A stretch of 64,000 nt of DNA from Octopus vulgaris (GCA_951406725.2 OX597832.1:992001-1056000); one strand, 5' to 3'. Counted from the first letter of the stretch, positions 39,855 through 54,108 are shown. Made by a program: numbers and translations. The notes: a model not told the origin generated them from the sequence alone.

Positions 39855-40200
39855 AAAAGAAGACAGAATAGGAGCAGGAGGAATGTGGATTACTAGTCTA
39901 ACACTGAGAAGACAGGATGGGCACAAGTAGAATATGAATCTCACTATGTTAAGACAAGATGGATACAAGTGTAATATTGGTCCAAAAATCACAAGACATT
40001 TCAGATATAACAATGAGAAAACAGAATGGACAATGACAGAATATTTGTCTAACAGTAAGAAAACAAGATAGAAATGGTATAAAACTGAAAAGACAGGATG
40101 GGCAATGTTACTCTAACAAGTGCAATGTTACTCTAACGATGTTAAAACAAGATGTATGCAGGTGGAATATCATACTAATGAGTAGATGAGATGGACACAG
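39855..40200. repeat. Degenerate ~40-bp minisatellite
   Basis: Recurrent AAGACAGGATGG / AAGACAAGATGG / AAAACAGAATGG cores followed by GAATAT. Confidence 0.55.
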
Positions 40201-40379
40201 ATGGAGTTGTAGACCAATATTCCATACTGTACTCACATTGTTTTCCATTGCTGTCCATCTAATCATCTATATTGTGTCTAACCTGCCTTTTCATTGAGAT
40301 TGGTATTTCCCCATTACATACATACATTATAGCACAGTAAGGAACCCACATAAGTAACAAACCATAAAAAGGAAAGTAT

Positions 40380-42825
40380 GTCACCCCTTCCATAGACTGG
40401 GGTGGCACCTTAGGCAAATGTTAACAATCCCTTAGCCTCCCATGCCAGGGATATGGTGAAGTCATCAGCAGTAGGATGTTGAATAACCAACAAGGCAGAA
40501 GAGTCGTAGACAATCTTGAAGGTTATTGCAAACAAGTGGAAGATGTGATAACGGTTGATCATCAACAAACAAGTGAGATGCTATTGCTGAGTAGCACCAT
40601 TGTAAACCATGCTTGTTGTACTCTTGTACACCATTTGGCACCTGGTGTGGAGGCTCAGAGAGACGGTCTGGTGAGGGGACAATGCCACCTGCCTTACTCA
40701 CCATCCAAGCCCTGTGGTGACGGAGTGAACGTAATGGTAATTGGTGTAACAGGAAGCTGATAGCAAAAGCTCTGCACACAGGCAGCTTCCTCTCGGTGGT
40801 TACAGTCAGTGGTGAACTTTGAGCACTAGCAGGCTGAGGCAGCAGTATGAATGTCTGGGAAATCCAGCCCAGATGGAGAAGCCACTAGAAAAGATAGAGT
40901 AAAAAGAGCATGATCAGAACAAAACCTGACTGGTTCACCATGACCAGAAATTGCAAGAAAATGAAGATGACAGTAGCAATGTGGAACTTGTGTACTATGC
41001 TTGACAGAGATTCCATACCCAAGCAGAAGACAGCTCTGATTGAAAAAGAATTGCATTGGTACATTGTAAGCATTGCCAAACTCCAAGAGACCAAGATCAA
41101 AGAGCAGGGCCAGTTACAAGATGTGGGTTACACCTTCTTCCAGGATGGAAAGACAGCAGGAGGAAGATATTCAGGCATAGCTTTTGCTGTCAACAAGATT
41201 GCAAAAAGGTTACCTTTCCTCCCATTAGCCATATCAGAGAGGATGATGACCCTATGGATAACAATTATGAATAACTGACACCTGACCCTTGTCAATGTGT
41301 ACTCTCCAACAACAACCTACTTAGAGCTGAAGAAAGAGGCATTCTATTAAAAGCTAACAAAAACAAGTTGCTGATTATAGGCAACTGTTGAGAACTAACT
41401 GCTGCCATCATGACTGCAACTGAGGGTACAGCAGTTAGCTCAGATGGACTAGATAGCATCAAGGAGTATTGACAGGCTTTAAAGAAGGTAGTCTTCTCTG
41501 CTGCTAAAGAGACCTTAAGGCCCTCTCAGCATAAAAGACCCAGTTGGCTCTGGAAGCATGGAGAGGAGATCCAGAAGCTGCTAGATGGAAAGCAATGCCT
41601 GCACTAGTAGCATCTGCAGGGGAACTCAGAGAGGATTAGTGTCACTTTAACTGAAATCAGGTCCAAAGTGCAAAGAGAAGTGAGATCACTGAAGAATGAC
41701 TGGTGGCACAAGCAGGCAAAAAGCTTTTCAGAGCATGGTCAACAAGCACGACTACCACGGGCTATTTACAGGACTCAAGGCCATCCGTGGTACAAGGAGT
41801 AATGCTGTAGCATCAATCAAATCAGTAGATGAGAGCAAATTGCACACTAACCTCCAGGAGATCAGAGCTAGGTAAGTCACAAAGTACTAGCCTTGGATGG
41901 TATTCCCCTCAGATATGCTCAAAAATGTGGGGAAAAACTCTGCAAAGAACTGTTGAGGCCGTACAACACTTGTCTTTCTAATGAGTTTTTACCCCAGAGC
42001 TTCAAGAATGCCCTGATAGTAACCATTTACAAAAAGAAAGGGGATCAAGCAGCATTTCTCTGTCGACCATTGTCGGCAAGGTGCTAGCAAAATTCATTCT
42101 CGGCTGGCTGAAAAACACCTTAGAGAAGGTCTTACCAGAGATTCAATGTGACTTCAGGCCAGGGAGATCAACCATGGACATGATCTTCTCACTGTGACAG
42201 CTACAGGAGAAAATGGTAGAGCAACACCAAACCCTGCTTGTGTTGTTTGTGGACTTTTACAAGGCACTTGATATGGTTGACTGAGAAACACTTTAGAAAA
42301 CTTTGGAGACATAGATGTGCTAAGAAGCTTGTCATCAAGTAGTTCCACACTCAAATGAAAGGATTAATCTCAGAATTTAGTGAAGCCTTTGCAGTCAACC
42401 ATGGTGTGAAGCAGGGATGTGTGCTTGCCCCTGTACTCTTCCCTCTTTACCTTATAACTGTGTTTAACACTATAAGGGTCAATCTGCACAAAGATGTTTC
42501 CATCCACCCCAGAACATATGGGATGCTCTCCATCTTGGCTTAGCTCCCCAAAATCAGGGAAGTGTGTATCAGGGAGCTACTCTATGTAGGAGACTCAGTA
42601 CTTGCAGTCAGCAAACTCAAATGCATGCAACACATTGAGGACTAGTTTACATATGGGGCAAACATATTTAGTTTCAAGACCAACACTTAGAAATATGAGT
42701 GACTCTACCAGCTCCTCTCAAGATATACTTATAGAATGTGAGAGCCTGAGCCAGTAACAATACATAGAGAACCCCTAAAGTACACCAAAGACTTTATCTA
42801 TACCAGCGGTGCAATGACTTGTACT
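40380..42825 (+). mobile_element. Old RTE-BovB-like LINE with internal deletions
   Basis: MTVAMWNLCTMLDR...KTALIEKEL...LQETK (40910-41278); ALIVTIYKKKGD (41893-42087); GVKQGCVLAPVLF (42355-42543). Confidence 0.85.
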
Positions 42826-43452
42826 AATGAAAATAAGAATTTTCATTTCAAAATTTTCAAATAATTGCATTCTGGTTTGCAACTGCATGTTCTCTGAGAA
42901 AGCTTGAGATTTCAGCGAAATGTTTGGTAAATATAATCTTCACATCTACATGTATATTCCCATGACTTCTAAGTCAAACACACTTGGGGCAGAATAATGG
43001 AAATCACAAATGAGTATATAGTAAATCGGAAAACAAGAATTTTTCATTTCAAAATTTGCAAATAACTTCATACTGATTTGCAGCATTTTGCAACTGCATG
43101 TTTTTGGAGGAAACTCCACAGTTCAGTGACATGTTTGATAAATATATTATTTGGAGCTATCAGGTAATCACCAATTACTTCACCATACGACATATGTTTC
43201 TGAAGAAAATGAAATGTCACAAATCAGTAAATAGTAAATGTGAAAACAAGAAATTTCATTTTAAAACTATCAACTTCATTCTGATTTGCAACATTTTGCA
43301 ACTTCATGTTTTCTGAAAAAGCTTGAAATTTCATTGAAATGTTTGGTAAATATAATCTCTGAAAATATGAAGTTGCAAAATGTTGCAAATCACCATGAAA
43401 TTGATTGTAAATTTTGAAATGAAAATTCTTGTTTTTGCAGTTACTATTTACT
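42826..43452. repeat. AT-rich ~215-bp satellite block 1 (orientation flips at ~43355)
   Basis: Repeated GAAATGTTTGGTAAATATAAT, GAAAACAAGAATTTTCATTTCAAAATTT and TTTGCAACATTTTGCAACTTCATG; reverse-complement forms appear after ~43355. Confidence 0.88.
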
Positions 43453-45574
43453 CATCATCATCGTTTAACATCCGTTCTCCATGCTAGCATGGGTTGGACG
43501 GTTCGACCGGGGATCTGGGAAGCCAGAAGGCTGCACCAGGCTCCAGTCTGATCTGGCAGTGTTTTTACAGCTGGATGCCCTTCCTAACACCAACCACTCC
43601 GTGAGTGTAGTGGGTGCTTTTTACGTGCCACCAGCACATGTACCAGGCAAGGCTGGCAACGGCCACGATAAGATTGGTGCTTTTTACGTGCCACCAGCAC
43701 AGAAGCCAGTCAAAGTGGCGCTGGCATCGGCCACGTTCGGATGGTGCTTTTTCCATGCCACCGGCACGGAAGCCAGTCTAGGCGGTGCTGGCATCGGCCA
43801 CGTTCGGATGGTGCTTTTTATGTGCCACTGGCACAGGGATCACAACTGCAGTTTCCATTGATTTTTGATGTTGGTGTACTTGACTCAATGGATCTCCTCA
43901 AGCACAGGGTCAAAACGGTGTTTCTTTACTTGCCACCTGCACAGGAGTCAGTCCAGCGGTCCTGGCAACTGCCGGGTGCCAGTCATAGGATTGGTTCAAT
44001 TTCAATTCTGATTTCACTTGCCCCAACAGGTCTTCGCAAGCAGAGTTTAGTGTCCAGTGAAGGGAGGTTGGCATGGGTGCCTGTCGTCGGATGAGGTTCG
44101 ATTTCGACTTCGCTTGCCTCAACAGGTCTTCGTGTGTCCAAGGGAGGAAAGGCATGCCTAAGTGGGCTGGCTGGGATGGACTCACTTGTCCTGCTGGGTC
44201 TTCTCACGCACAGAATATTTCCAAAGGTCTCGGTCGCTAGTCATTGCCTCGGTGAGGCCTAAAGTTCGAAGGTCATGCTTCGCCACCTCGTCCCAGGTTT
44301 TCCTGGGTCTACCTCTTCCATGGGTTCCCTCAACTGCTAGGAATTGGCACTTTTTCACACACCTATCTTCATCCATTCTCACCACATGACCATACCAGCG
44401 CAATTGTCTCTCTTGCACACCACAGCTGATGCTTCTTAGGTCCAACTTTTCTCTCAAGGTACTTACACTCTGTCGAGTATGTACACTGACATTACACATC
44501 CATCGGAGCATACTGGCTTCATTCCTCGTGAGCTTATGCATGTCCTCAGCAGTCATGGCCCATGTTTCACTGCCACGTAGCATGGCTGTTCGTACACATG
44601 CATCATACAGTCTGCCTTTTACTATGAGCAAGAGGCCTTTAGTTCCCTGAACTTTGCCCAGGCTATTCTTACTCTAGCAGTTACACATTCAGAACACCCA
44701 CCCCCGCTACTGACTTGGTCACCTAGATAACGGAAGCTATCAACTACTTCTAGTTTTTCCCCCTGGAAAGTGACGGAAGTTGTTTTCTGCAGATTTTCAG
44801 TGTTTATTGCTCCTGAGCATCTGCCACATACAAAAACTATCTTCCCAGTTAGCCTTCCTTTGACATTGCTGCACCTCTTATGTGTCCATAGCTTACACTG
44901 GGTACATCTTGTAGAGTTTCTACCTACGCCTTTTCTACAGATCAAGCAGGGCCATCAACCTGAAGGCGTTTGTGGTTTGTCTACCTTCCTACTGATTAGG
45001 ACTTTGGTTTTAGCTAGGTTGACTCTAAGGCCCTTTGATTCTAATCCTTCCTTCCACACCTGAAACTTCTCCTCCAGTTCTGATAGTGACACAGCAATTA
45101 GAGCAAAGTCGTCAGCATAGAGGAGCTCCCAGGGGCATCCTGTCTTGAATTCCTCCGTAATTGCCTGGAGGACTATGATAAATAGGAGGGGGCTGAGGAC
45201 TGAACCCTGGTGGACCCCAACCTCTACCTTGAATTCTTCAGTGTACACGTTGCCAACCCTTACCTTACTTACAACATCCCTGTACATGGCTTGCACAGCT
45301 CTCACCAGCCATTCATCTATCCCTAGTTCCCTCATTAACCACCAGATAAGGGATCGGGGGACCCTGTCGAAGGCTTTCTCCATGTCAACGAAAGCCAGGT
45401 ACAGGGGCTTATCTTTGGCTAGGTATTTCTCCTGCAGCTGTCTCACCAGAAATATGGCATCAGTGGTGCTTTTCCCTGGCATGAAACCAAACTGCATCTC
45501 ATCCAAGTTGACTCTCTCCCTAATCAGTTGGGCTATGACCCTCTCCGTAACCTTCATTACCTGATCCAACAGCT
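43452..45574 (-). mobile_element. 5'-truncated young RTE LINE with (GAT)n tail
   Basis: RT 44955-45569 (LDEMQFGF, FVDMEKAFDRVPR, HQGSVLSPLLF, LYADD); Cys-rich segment 44622-44945; C-terminus 44182-44631; 3'UTR with tandem subrepeats; CATCATCATCGTTTAAC at 43452. Confidence 0.93.
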
Positions 45575-46468
45575 TATTTCATTTTCGTCATAAGCATATG
45601 TCAGATGGAAAAGTATTTGCTTACAGTACATTACCTGATAGCTCTGAATAATATCTTTACCCCATATTTCACTGAGGTGGGAAGTTTACTCAGAAAACAT
45701 GAAGTTGCAAAATGTTACAAACCAGAATGAAATTGTTTCAAAATTTTGAAATAAAAATTCTTGTTTTCACATTTACTGTTTACTCATTTCATTTTCCTTG
45801 TAAACATATATCTGATGGAGAAGTAATTGATTCATATAGTTCTTCAGAAAACATGAATTTGCAATATGTTGCAAACCAGAATGAAATTGTTTTAAAATTT
45901 TGAAATGAAACATTCTTGTTTTCAATATTTACAATATATTCATTTGTGACCTTCATTTTCTTACACACACTTGTTTGATTCAGAAGTCTTGGGTTAATAT
46001 ATATTACCTATAGCTCTGATTTAGCGTGAATATACGTTAACTTGCAGATGTGATGATTATATTTACCAAATATTTCACTGAAATATTAAGCTTTCTTTGA
46101 AAATATGATGTTGCAAAATTTTGCAAATCTTCATAAAATTTTTGCAAATTTGGAAATGAAAATTCTTGTTTTTGCAATTACTATTTAATCATTTCTGACA
46201 TTTCCTCATAAACATATGTTGGATGGTGAAGTGATGGGTTAATATACATTAACTTGTAGATATGAACTCTCTCTTTTACTTGTTTCAGTCATTTGACTGT
46301 GGCCATGCTGGAGCACCACCTTCAGTTGAGCAAATCAACCCCAGGACTTATTCTTTGTAAGCTTAGTACTTATTCTATCAGTCTCTTTTGCCAAACCACT
46401 AAGTTACGAGGACATAAATACACCAGCATCAGTTGTCAAGTGATGTTGGGGGGACAAACACAGATACA

Positions 46469-46508
<40 letters not shown>

Positions 46509-46858
46509 AATATATATGACGGACTTCTTTCAGTTTCATTCTACCAAATCCACTCACAAGGCTTTGGTCGACGTGAGGCTATAGTAGAAGACACTTACCC
46601 TAAGTGCCACACAGTGGGACTGAACCCGGAATCATGTGGTTGGTAAGCAAGCTACTTACACAGCCACTCCTTTGATTATATTTACAAAACATTTCACTGA
46701 AATTTGAAGTTTTATTACAAAACATGAAGTTGCAAAATGTTGCAAACCAGAATGAAATCGGTTGAAAATTTTGAAATGAAAATTCTTGTTTTCGCATTTT
46801 CTATTTACTCATTTTTGACTTACATTATTCTGATACACAAGCGTTTGATTTAGAAGTC

Positions 46859-46859
<1 letters not shown>
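45575..46859. repeat. AT-rich satellite block 2 (reverse orientation), containing a SINE
   Basis: CATGAAGTTGCAAAATGTTGCAAACCAGAATGAAAT and AAATTTTGAAATGAAAATTCTTGTTTT repeated. Confidence 0.88.
46266..46671 (-). mobile_element. tRNA-derived SINE (same family as 36125-36529)
   Basis: Collinear and highly similar to 36125-36529. Confidence 0.9.
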
Positions 46860-46889
<30 letters not shown>

Positions 46890-47558
46890 GTTTAACGTCC
46901 GTTTTCCGCGCTAGCACGGGTTGGACGGTTCGACCGGGGTCTGGGAAGCCAGGGGCCGCTCCAGGCTCCAGTCTGATTCTGGCAGAGTTTCTACGGCTGG
47001 ATGCCCTTCCTAACGCCAACCACTCCGTGAGTGGATTGGGTGCTTTTTACGTGCCACCTGCACAGGGGCCGGGGGGTCCGGCATCGGTCACGATCGGTTC
47101 GAGCTTTTAACGTGCCAGGGACACGGGGGCAACGGGATGCGGGGTAGAGTTGAGTTGGGGGGGGTCCAGCTGAGAAAGGTTTCACCAGTGAAAAGAGAGG
47201 GAGAGATAGTAAAGGGGTGCAGGTAATATAGGGGAGCACCAGTGGGGAAGGTTGGGGGAGGAGGAACGATGGCAGGAAGGGTTGGTGAAGGTTCGTAAGA
47301 AATATAAACGTAGGATGTGTATATATATATATGGGTAGGTGTGGGGAAGGTTGGGTGGGTAAGGAGGAACGATGGCAGGAAGGGTTGGTGCAGGTTCGTA
47401 AGAAATAAAAACGTAGGATATTACGAGGCATGGAGGGGACTGGAAGGAGATAGTAGGATTGAGGCAGTGTCAGATTCAAAACAGGAGGAAGCGTAAGATC
47501 AGAGGGCGGTTGATGAGCTGAGACGCTAGCAGCTTGTCTTTTCTCAGTGAAAGCATAT
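46860..47558 (-). mobile_element. RTE 3' end (3'UTR plus (GAT)n tail)
   Basis: (TCA)n CGTTTAACGTCCG...CCAACCACTCCGTGAGT matches 43452-43630; 47530-47558 weakly resembles the end of the RTE ORF. Confidence 0.8.
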
Positions 47559-47634
47559 GAGGAGAAGGGGTAGGAAGGGGTGGTGGGGGAGGAGGAGGGA
47601 GTATCCGGTGTAGATGGTGAGAACAGTGTTCACC

Positions 47635-48113
47635 GGTATTGGTGGTATTGGCGGTGGGGGGGTGGGTGGTATTGGTGGGGGGTGGTATTGGTGGTGGGGG
47701 TGGTATTGGTGGTGGGGGTGGTATTGGTGGTGGGGGTGGTATTGGTGGTGGTGGGGGTGGTAGTATTGGTGGTGGTGGTATTGGTGGTGGTGGTGGTATT
47801 GGTGGTGGTGGTGGTATTGGTGGTGGGGGTGGTATTGGTGGTGGGGGTGGTATTGGTGGTGGGGGTGGTATTGGTGGTGGGGGTGGTATTGGTGGTGGGG
47901 GTGGTATTGGTGGTGGTATTGGTGGTGGGGGTGGTATTGGTGGTGGGGGTGGTATTGGTGGTGGGGGTGGTATTGGTGGTGGGGATGGTATTGGTGGTGG
48001 GGGTGGTATTGGTGGTGGGGGTGGTATTGGTGGTGGTATTGGTGGTGGGGGTGGTATTGGTGGTGGGGGTGGGGGTGGTATTGGTGGTGGGGGTGGTATT
48101 GGTGGTGGGGGTG
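47635..48113. repeat. G-rich 18-bp minisatellite (GGTATTGGTGGTGGGGGT)n
   Basis: Direct reading, about 27 units with length variants. Confidence 0.95.
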
Positions 48114-48125
48114 GGAGGGCGGGCG

Positions 48126-48564
48126 CACCGCGCAATGGGAGAAGATGAGATTTTTAGGCGGCAGAAAGAAAGACAGGATTTGAGATGGAATGCTTTGCGA
48201 TCGTGTGCATAAGTTTCTATGAGTGGAAGTTGGGAAAAGATGGGTTAGAGAATTTAGCGACAGAAAGAAAGACCAAATTTGAGACGAGATGTTTTTGCGA
48301 AGTTTTTGTAAATGAAAGTTTATATGCTTCAGCTAGCATTTGAGACGAAAGACAACGATAACGCCAATATATGGGGAAACAATAATAATAAGAAGGCTTG
48401 ATGGTGATGATGATACTTGCAAAAACAATGAAAAGAAGGAACAGGACTTAGCTGATATTTTTCATCCTGCGTATTGGCTAAGCCTGTGGAAGCGAGTGAA
48501 GGCGAGATATATATACAGAGAGAGAGAGAGACAGTGATAACAGAGGGAGAAACCGACACCACAT

Positions 48565-48605
<41 letters not shown>

Positions 48606-50558
48606 GTGATAACAGAGGGACAAAACGACACCGCGCAATGGGAGAAGATGAGATTTTTAGGCGGCAGAAAGAAAGACAGGATTTGAGATGGAATGCTTTG
48701 CGATCGTGTGCATAAGTTTCTATGAGTGGAAGTTGGGAAAAGATGGGTTAGAGAATTTAGCGACAGAAAGAAAGACCAAATTTGAGACGAGATGTTTTTG
48801 CGAAGTTTTTGTAAATGAAAGTTTATATGCTTCAGCTAGCATTTGAGACGAAAGACAACGATAACGCCAATATATGGGGAAACAATAATAATAAGAAGGC
48901 TTGATGGTGATGATGATACTTGCAAAAACAATGAAAAGAAGGAACAGGACTTAGCTGATATTTTTCATCCTGCGTATTGGCTAAGCCTGTGGAAGCGAGT
49001 GAAGGCGAGATATATATACAGAGAGAGAGAGAGACAGTGATAACAGAGGGAGAAACCGACACCACATAGCGAGAGAGAGAGAGCGAGAGAGAGAGAGAGA
49101 GAGAGACATAGTGATAACAGAGGGACAAAACGACATCGCGCAATGGGAGAAGATGAGATTTTTAGGCGGCAGAAAGAAAGACAGGATTTGAGATGGAATG
49201 CTTTGCGATCGTGTGCATAAGTTTCTATGAGTGGAAGTTGGGAAAAGATGGGTTAGAGAATTTAGCGTCAGAAAGAAAGACCAAATTTGAGACGAGATGT
49301 TTTTGCGAAGTTTTTGTAAATGAAAGTTTATATGCTTCAGCTAGCATTTGAGACGAAAGACAACGATAACGCCAATATATGGGGAAACAATAATAATAAG
49401 AAGGCTTGATGGTGATGATGATACTTGCAAAAACAATGAAAAGAAGGAACAGGACTTAGCTGATATTTTTCATCCTGCGTATTGGCTAAGCCTGTGGAAG
49501 CGAGTGAAGGCGAGATATATAGACAGAGAGAGAGAGAGACAGTGATAACAGAGGGAGAAACCGACACCACATAGCGAGAGAGAGAGAGAGAGAGAGAGAC
49601 ATAGTGATAACAGAGGGACAAAACGACACCGCGCAATGGGAGAAGATGAGATTTTTAGGCGGCAGAAAGAAAGACAGGATTTGAGATGGAATGCTTTGCG
49701 ATCGTGTGCATAAGTTTCTATGAGTGGAAGTTGGGAAAAGATGGGTTAGAGAATTTAGCGACAGAAAGAAAGACCAAATTTGAGACGAGATGTTTTTGCG
49801 AAGTTTTTGTAAATGAAAGTTTATATGCTTCAGCTAGCATTTGAGACGAAAGACAACGATAACGCCAATATATGGGGAAACAATAATAATAAGAAGGCTT
49901 GATGGTGATGATGATACTTGCAAAAACAATGAAAAGAAGGAACAGGACTTAGCTGATATTTTTCATCCTGCGTATTGGCTAAGCCTGTGGAAGCGAGTGA
50001 AGGCGAGATATATATACAGAGAGAGAGAGAGACAGTGATAACAGAGGGAGAAACCGACACCACATAGCGAGAGAGAGAGAGAGAGAGAGAGACATAGTGA
50101 TAACAGAGGGACAAAACGACACCGCGCAATGGGAGAAGATGAGATTTTTAGGCGGCAGAAAGAAAGACAGGATTTGAGATGGAATGCTTTGCGATCGTGT
50201 GCATAAGTTTCTATGAGTGGAAGTTGGGAAAAGATGGGTTAGAGAATTTAGCGACAGAAAGAAAGACCAAATTTGAGACGAGATGTTTTTGCGAAGTTTT
50301 TGTAAATGAAAGTTTATATGCTTCAGCTAGCATTTGAGACGAAAGACAACGATAACGCCAATATATGGGGAAACAATAATAATAAGAAGGCTTGATGGTG
50401 ATGATGATACTTGCAAAAACAATGAAAAGAAGGAACAGGACTTAGCTGATATTTTTCATCCTGCGTATTGGCTAAGCCTGTGGAAGCGAGTGAAGGCGAG
50501 ATATATATACAGAGAGAGAGAGAGACAGTGATAACAGAGGGAGAAACCGACACCACAT

Positions 50559-50604
<46 letters not shown>

Positions 50605-51589
50605 GTGATAACAGAGGGACAAAACGACACCGCGCAATGGGAGAAGATGAGATTTTTAGGCGGCAGAAAGAAAGACAGGATTTGAGATGGAATGCTTTGC
50701 GATCGTGTGCATAAGTTTCTATGAGTGGAAGTTGGGAAAAGATGGGTTAGAGAATTTAGCGACAGAAAGAAAGACCAAATTTGAGACGAGATGTTTTTGC
50801 GAAGTTTTTGTAAATGAAAGTTTATATGCTTCAGCTAGCATTTGAGACGAAAGACAACGATAACGCCAATATATGGGGAAACAATAATAATAAGAAGGCT
50901 TGATGGTGATGATGATACTTGCAAAAACAATGAAAAGAAGGAACAGGACTTAGCTGATATTTTTCATCCTGCGTATTGGCTAAGCCTGTGGAAGCGAGTG
51001 AAGGCGAGATATATATACAGAGAGAGAGAGAGACAGTGATAACAGAGGGAGAAACCGACACCACATAGCGAGAGAGAGAGAGCGAGAGAGAGAGAGAGAG
51101 AGAGAGAGACATAGTGATAACAGAGGGACAAAACGACACCGCGCAATGGGAGAAGATGAGATTTTTAGGCGGCAGAAAGAAAGACAGGATTTGAGATGGA
51201 ATGCTTTGCGATCGTGTGCATAAGTTTCTATGAGTGGAAGTTGGGAAAAGATGGGTTAGAGAATTTAGCGACAGAAAGAAAGACCAAATTTGAGACGAGA
51301 TGTTTTTGCGAAGTTTTTGTAAATGAAAGTTTATATGCTTCAGCTAGCATTTGAGACGAAAGACAACGATAACGCCAATATATGGGGAAACAATAATAAT
51401 AAGAAGGCTTGATGGTGATGATGATACTTGCAAAAACAATGAAAAGAAGGAACAGGACTTAGCTGATATTTTTCATCCTGCGTATTGGCTAAGCCTGTGG
51501 AAGCGAGTGAAGGCGAGATATATATACAGAGAGAGAGAGAGACAGTGATAACAGAGGGAGAAACCGACACCACATAGCGAGAGAGAGAG

Positions 51590-51624
<35 letters not shown>

Positions 51625-53102
51625 GTGATAACAGAGGGACAAAACGACACCGCGCAATGGGAGAAGATGAGATTTTTAGGCGGCAGAAAGAAAGACAGGA
51701 TTTGAGATGGAATGCTTTGCGATCGTGTGCATAAGTTTCTATGAGTGGAAGTTGGGAAAAGATGGGTTAGAGAATTTAGCGACAGAAAGAAAGACCAAAT
51801 TTGAGACGAGATGTTTTTGCGAAGTTTTTGTAAATGAAAGTTTATATGCTTCAGCTAGCATTTGAGACGAAAGACAACGATAACGCCAATATATGGGGAA
51901 ACAATAATAATAAGAAGGCTTGATGGTGATGATGATACTTGCAAAAACAATGAAAAGAAGGAACAGGACTTAGCTGATATTTTTCATCCTGCGTATTGGC
52001 TAAGCCTGTGGAAGCGAGTGAAGGCGAGATATATATACAGAGAGAGAGAGAGACAGTGATAACAGAGGGAGAAACCGACACCACATAGCGAGAGAGAGAG
52101 AGCGAGAGAGAGAGAGAGAGAGAGAGAGACATAGTGATAACAGAGGGACAAAACGACACCGCGCAATGGGAGAAGATGAGATTTTTAGGCGGCAGAAAGA
52201 AAGACAGGATTTGAGATGGAATGCTTTGCGATCGTGTGCATAAGTTTCTATGAGTGGAAGTTGGGAAAAGATGGGTTAGAGAATTTAGCGTCAGAAAGAA
52301 AGACCAAATTTGAGACGAGATGTTTTTGCGAAGTTTTTGTAAATGAAAGTTTATATGCTTCAGCTAGCATTTGAGACGAAAGACAACGATAACGCCAATA
52401 TATGGGGAAACAATAATAATAAGAAGGCTTGATGGTGATGATGATACTTGCAAAAACAATGAAAAGAAGGAACAGGACTTAGCTGATATTTTTCATCCTG
52501 CGTATTGGCTAAGCCTGTGGAAGCGAGTGAAGGCGAGATATATAGACAGAGAGAGAGAGAGACAGTGATAACAGAGGGAGAAACCGACACCACATAGCGA
52601 GAGAGAGAGAGAGAGAGAGAGACATAGTGATAACAGAGGGACAAAACGACACCGCGCAATGGGAGAAGATGAGATTTTTAGGCGGCAGAAAGAAAGACAG
52701 GATTTGAGATGGAATGCTTTGCGATCGTGTGCATAAGTTTCTATGAGTGGAAGTTGGGAAAAGATGGGTTAGAGAATTTAGCGACAGAAAGAAAGACCAA
52801 ATTTGAGACGAGATGTTTTTGCGAAGTTTTTGTAAATGAAAGTTTATATGCTTCAGCTAGCATTTGAGACGAAAGACAACGATAACGCCAATATATGGGG
52901 AAACAATAATAATAAGAAGGCTTGATGGTGATGATGATACTTGCAAAAACAATGAAAAGAAGGAACAGGACTTAGCTGATATTTTTCATCCTGCGTATTG
53001 GCTAAGCCTGTGGAAGCGAGTGAAGGCGAGATATATATACAGAGAGAGAGAGAGACAGTGATAACAGAGGGAGAAACCGACACCACATAGCGAGAGAGAG
53101 AG

Positions 53103-53137
<35 letters not shown>

Positions 53138-54108
53138 GTGATAACAGAGGGACAAAACGACACCGCGCAATGGGAGAAGATGAGATTTTTAGGCGGCAGA
53201 AAGAAAGACAGGATTTGAGATGGAATGCTTTGCGATCGTGTGCATAAGTTTCTATGAGTGGAAGTTGGGAAAAGATGGGTTAGAGAATTTAGCGACAGAA
53301 AGAAAGACCAAATTTGAGACGAGATGTTTTTGCGAAGTTTTTGTAAATGAAAGTTTATATGCTTCAGCTAGCATTTGAGACGAAAGACAACGATAACGCC
53401 AATATATGGGGAAACAATAATAATAAGAAGGCTTGATGGTGATGATGATACTTGCAAAAACAATGAAAAGAAGGAACAGGACTTAGCTGATATTTTTCAT
53501 CCTGCGTATTGGCTAAGCCTGTGGAAGCGAGTGAAGGCGAGATATATATACAGAGAGAGAGAGAGACAGTGATAACAGAGGGAGAAACCGACACCACATA
53601 GCGAGAGAGAGAGAGCGAGAGAGAGAGAGAGAGAGAGAGAGACATAGTGATAACAGAGGGACAAAACGACACCGCGCAATGGGAGAAGATGAGATTTTTA
53701 GGCGGCAGAAAGAAAGACAGGATTTGAGATGGAATGCTTTGCGATCGTGTGCATAAGTTTCTATGAGTGGAAGTTGGGAAAAGATGGGTTAGAGAATTTA
53801 GCGACAGAAAGAAAGACCAAATTTGAGACGAGATGTTTTTGCGAAGTTTTTGTAAATGAAAGTTTATATGCTTCAGCTAGCATTTGAGACGAAAGACAAC
53901 GATAACGCCAATATATGGGGAAACAATAATAATAAGAAGGCTTGATGGTGATGATGATACTTGCAAAAACAATGAAAAGAAGGAACAGGACTTAGCTGAT
54001 ATTTTTCATCCTGCGTATTGGCTAAGCCTGTGGAAGCGAGTGAAGGCGAGATATATATACAGAGAGAGAGAGAGACAGTGATAACAGAGGGAGAAACCGA
54101 CACCACAT

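Noticed and set aside
47476-48212. Poly-Pro (formin/extensin-like), Gly-rich and His-rich ORFs
   Set aside because: All frames are open only because of an 18-bp minisatellite; there is no FH2 or other domain and no splice context.
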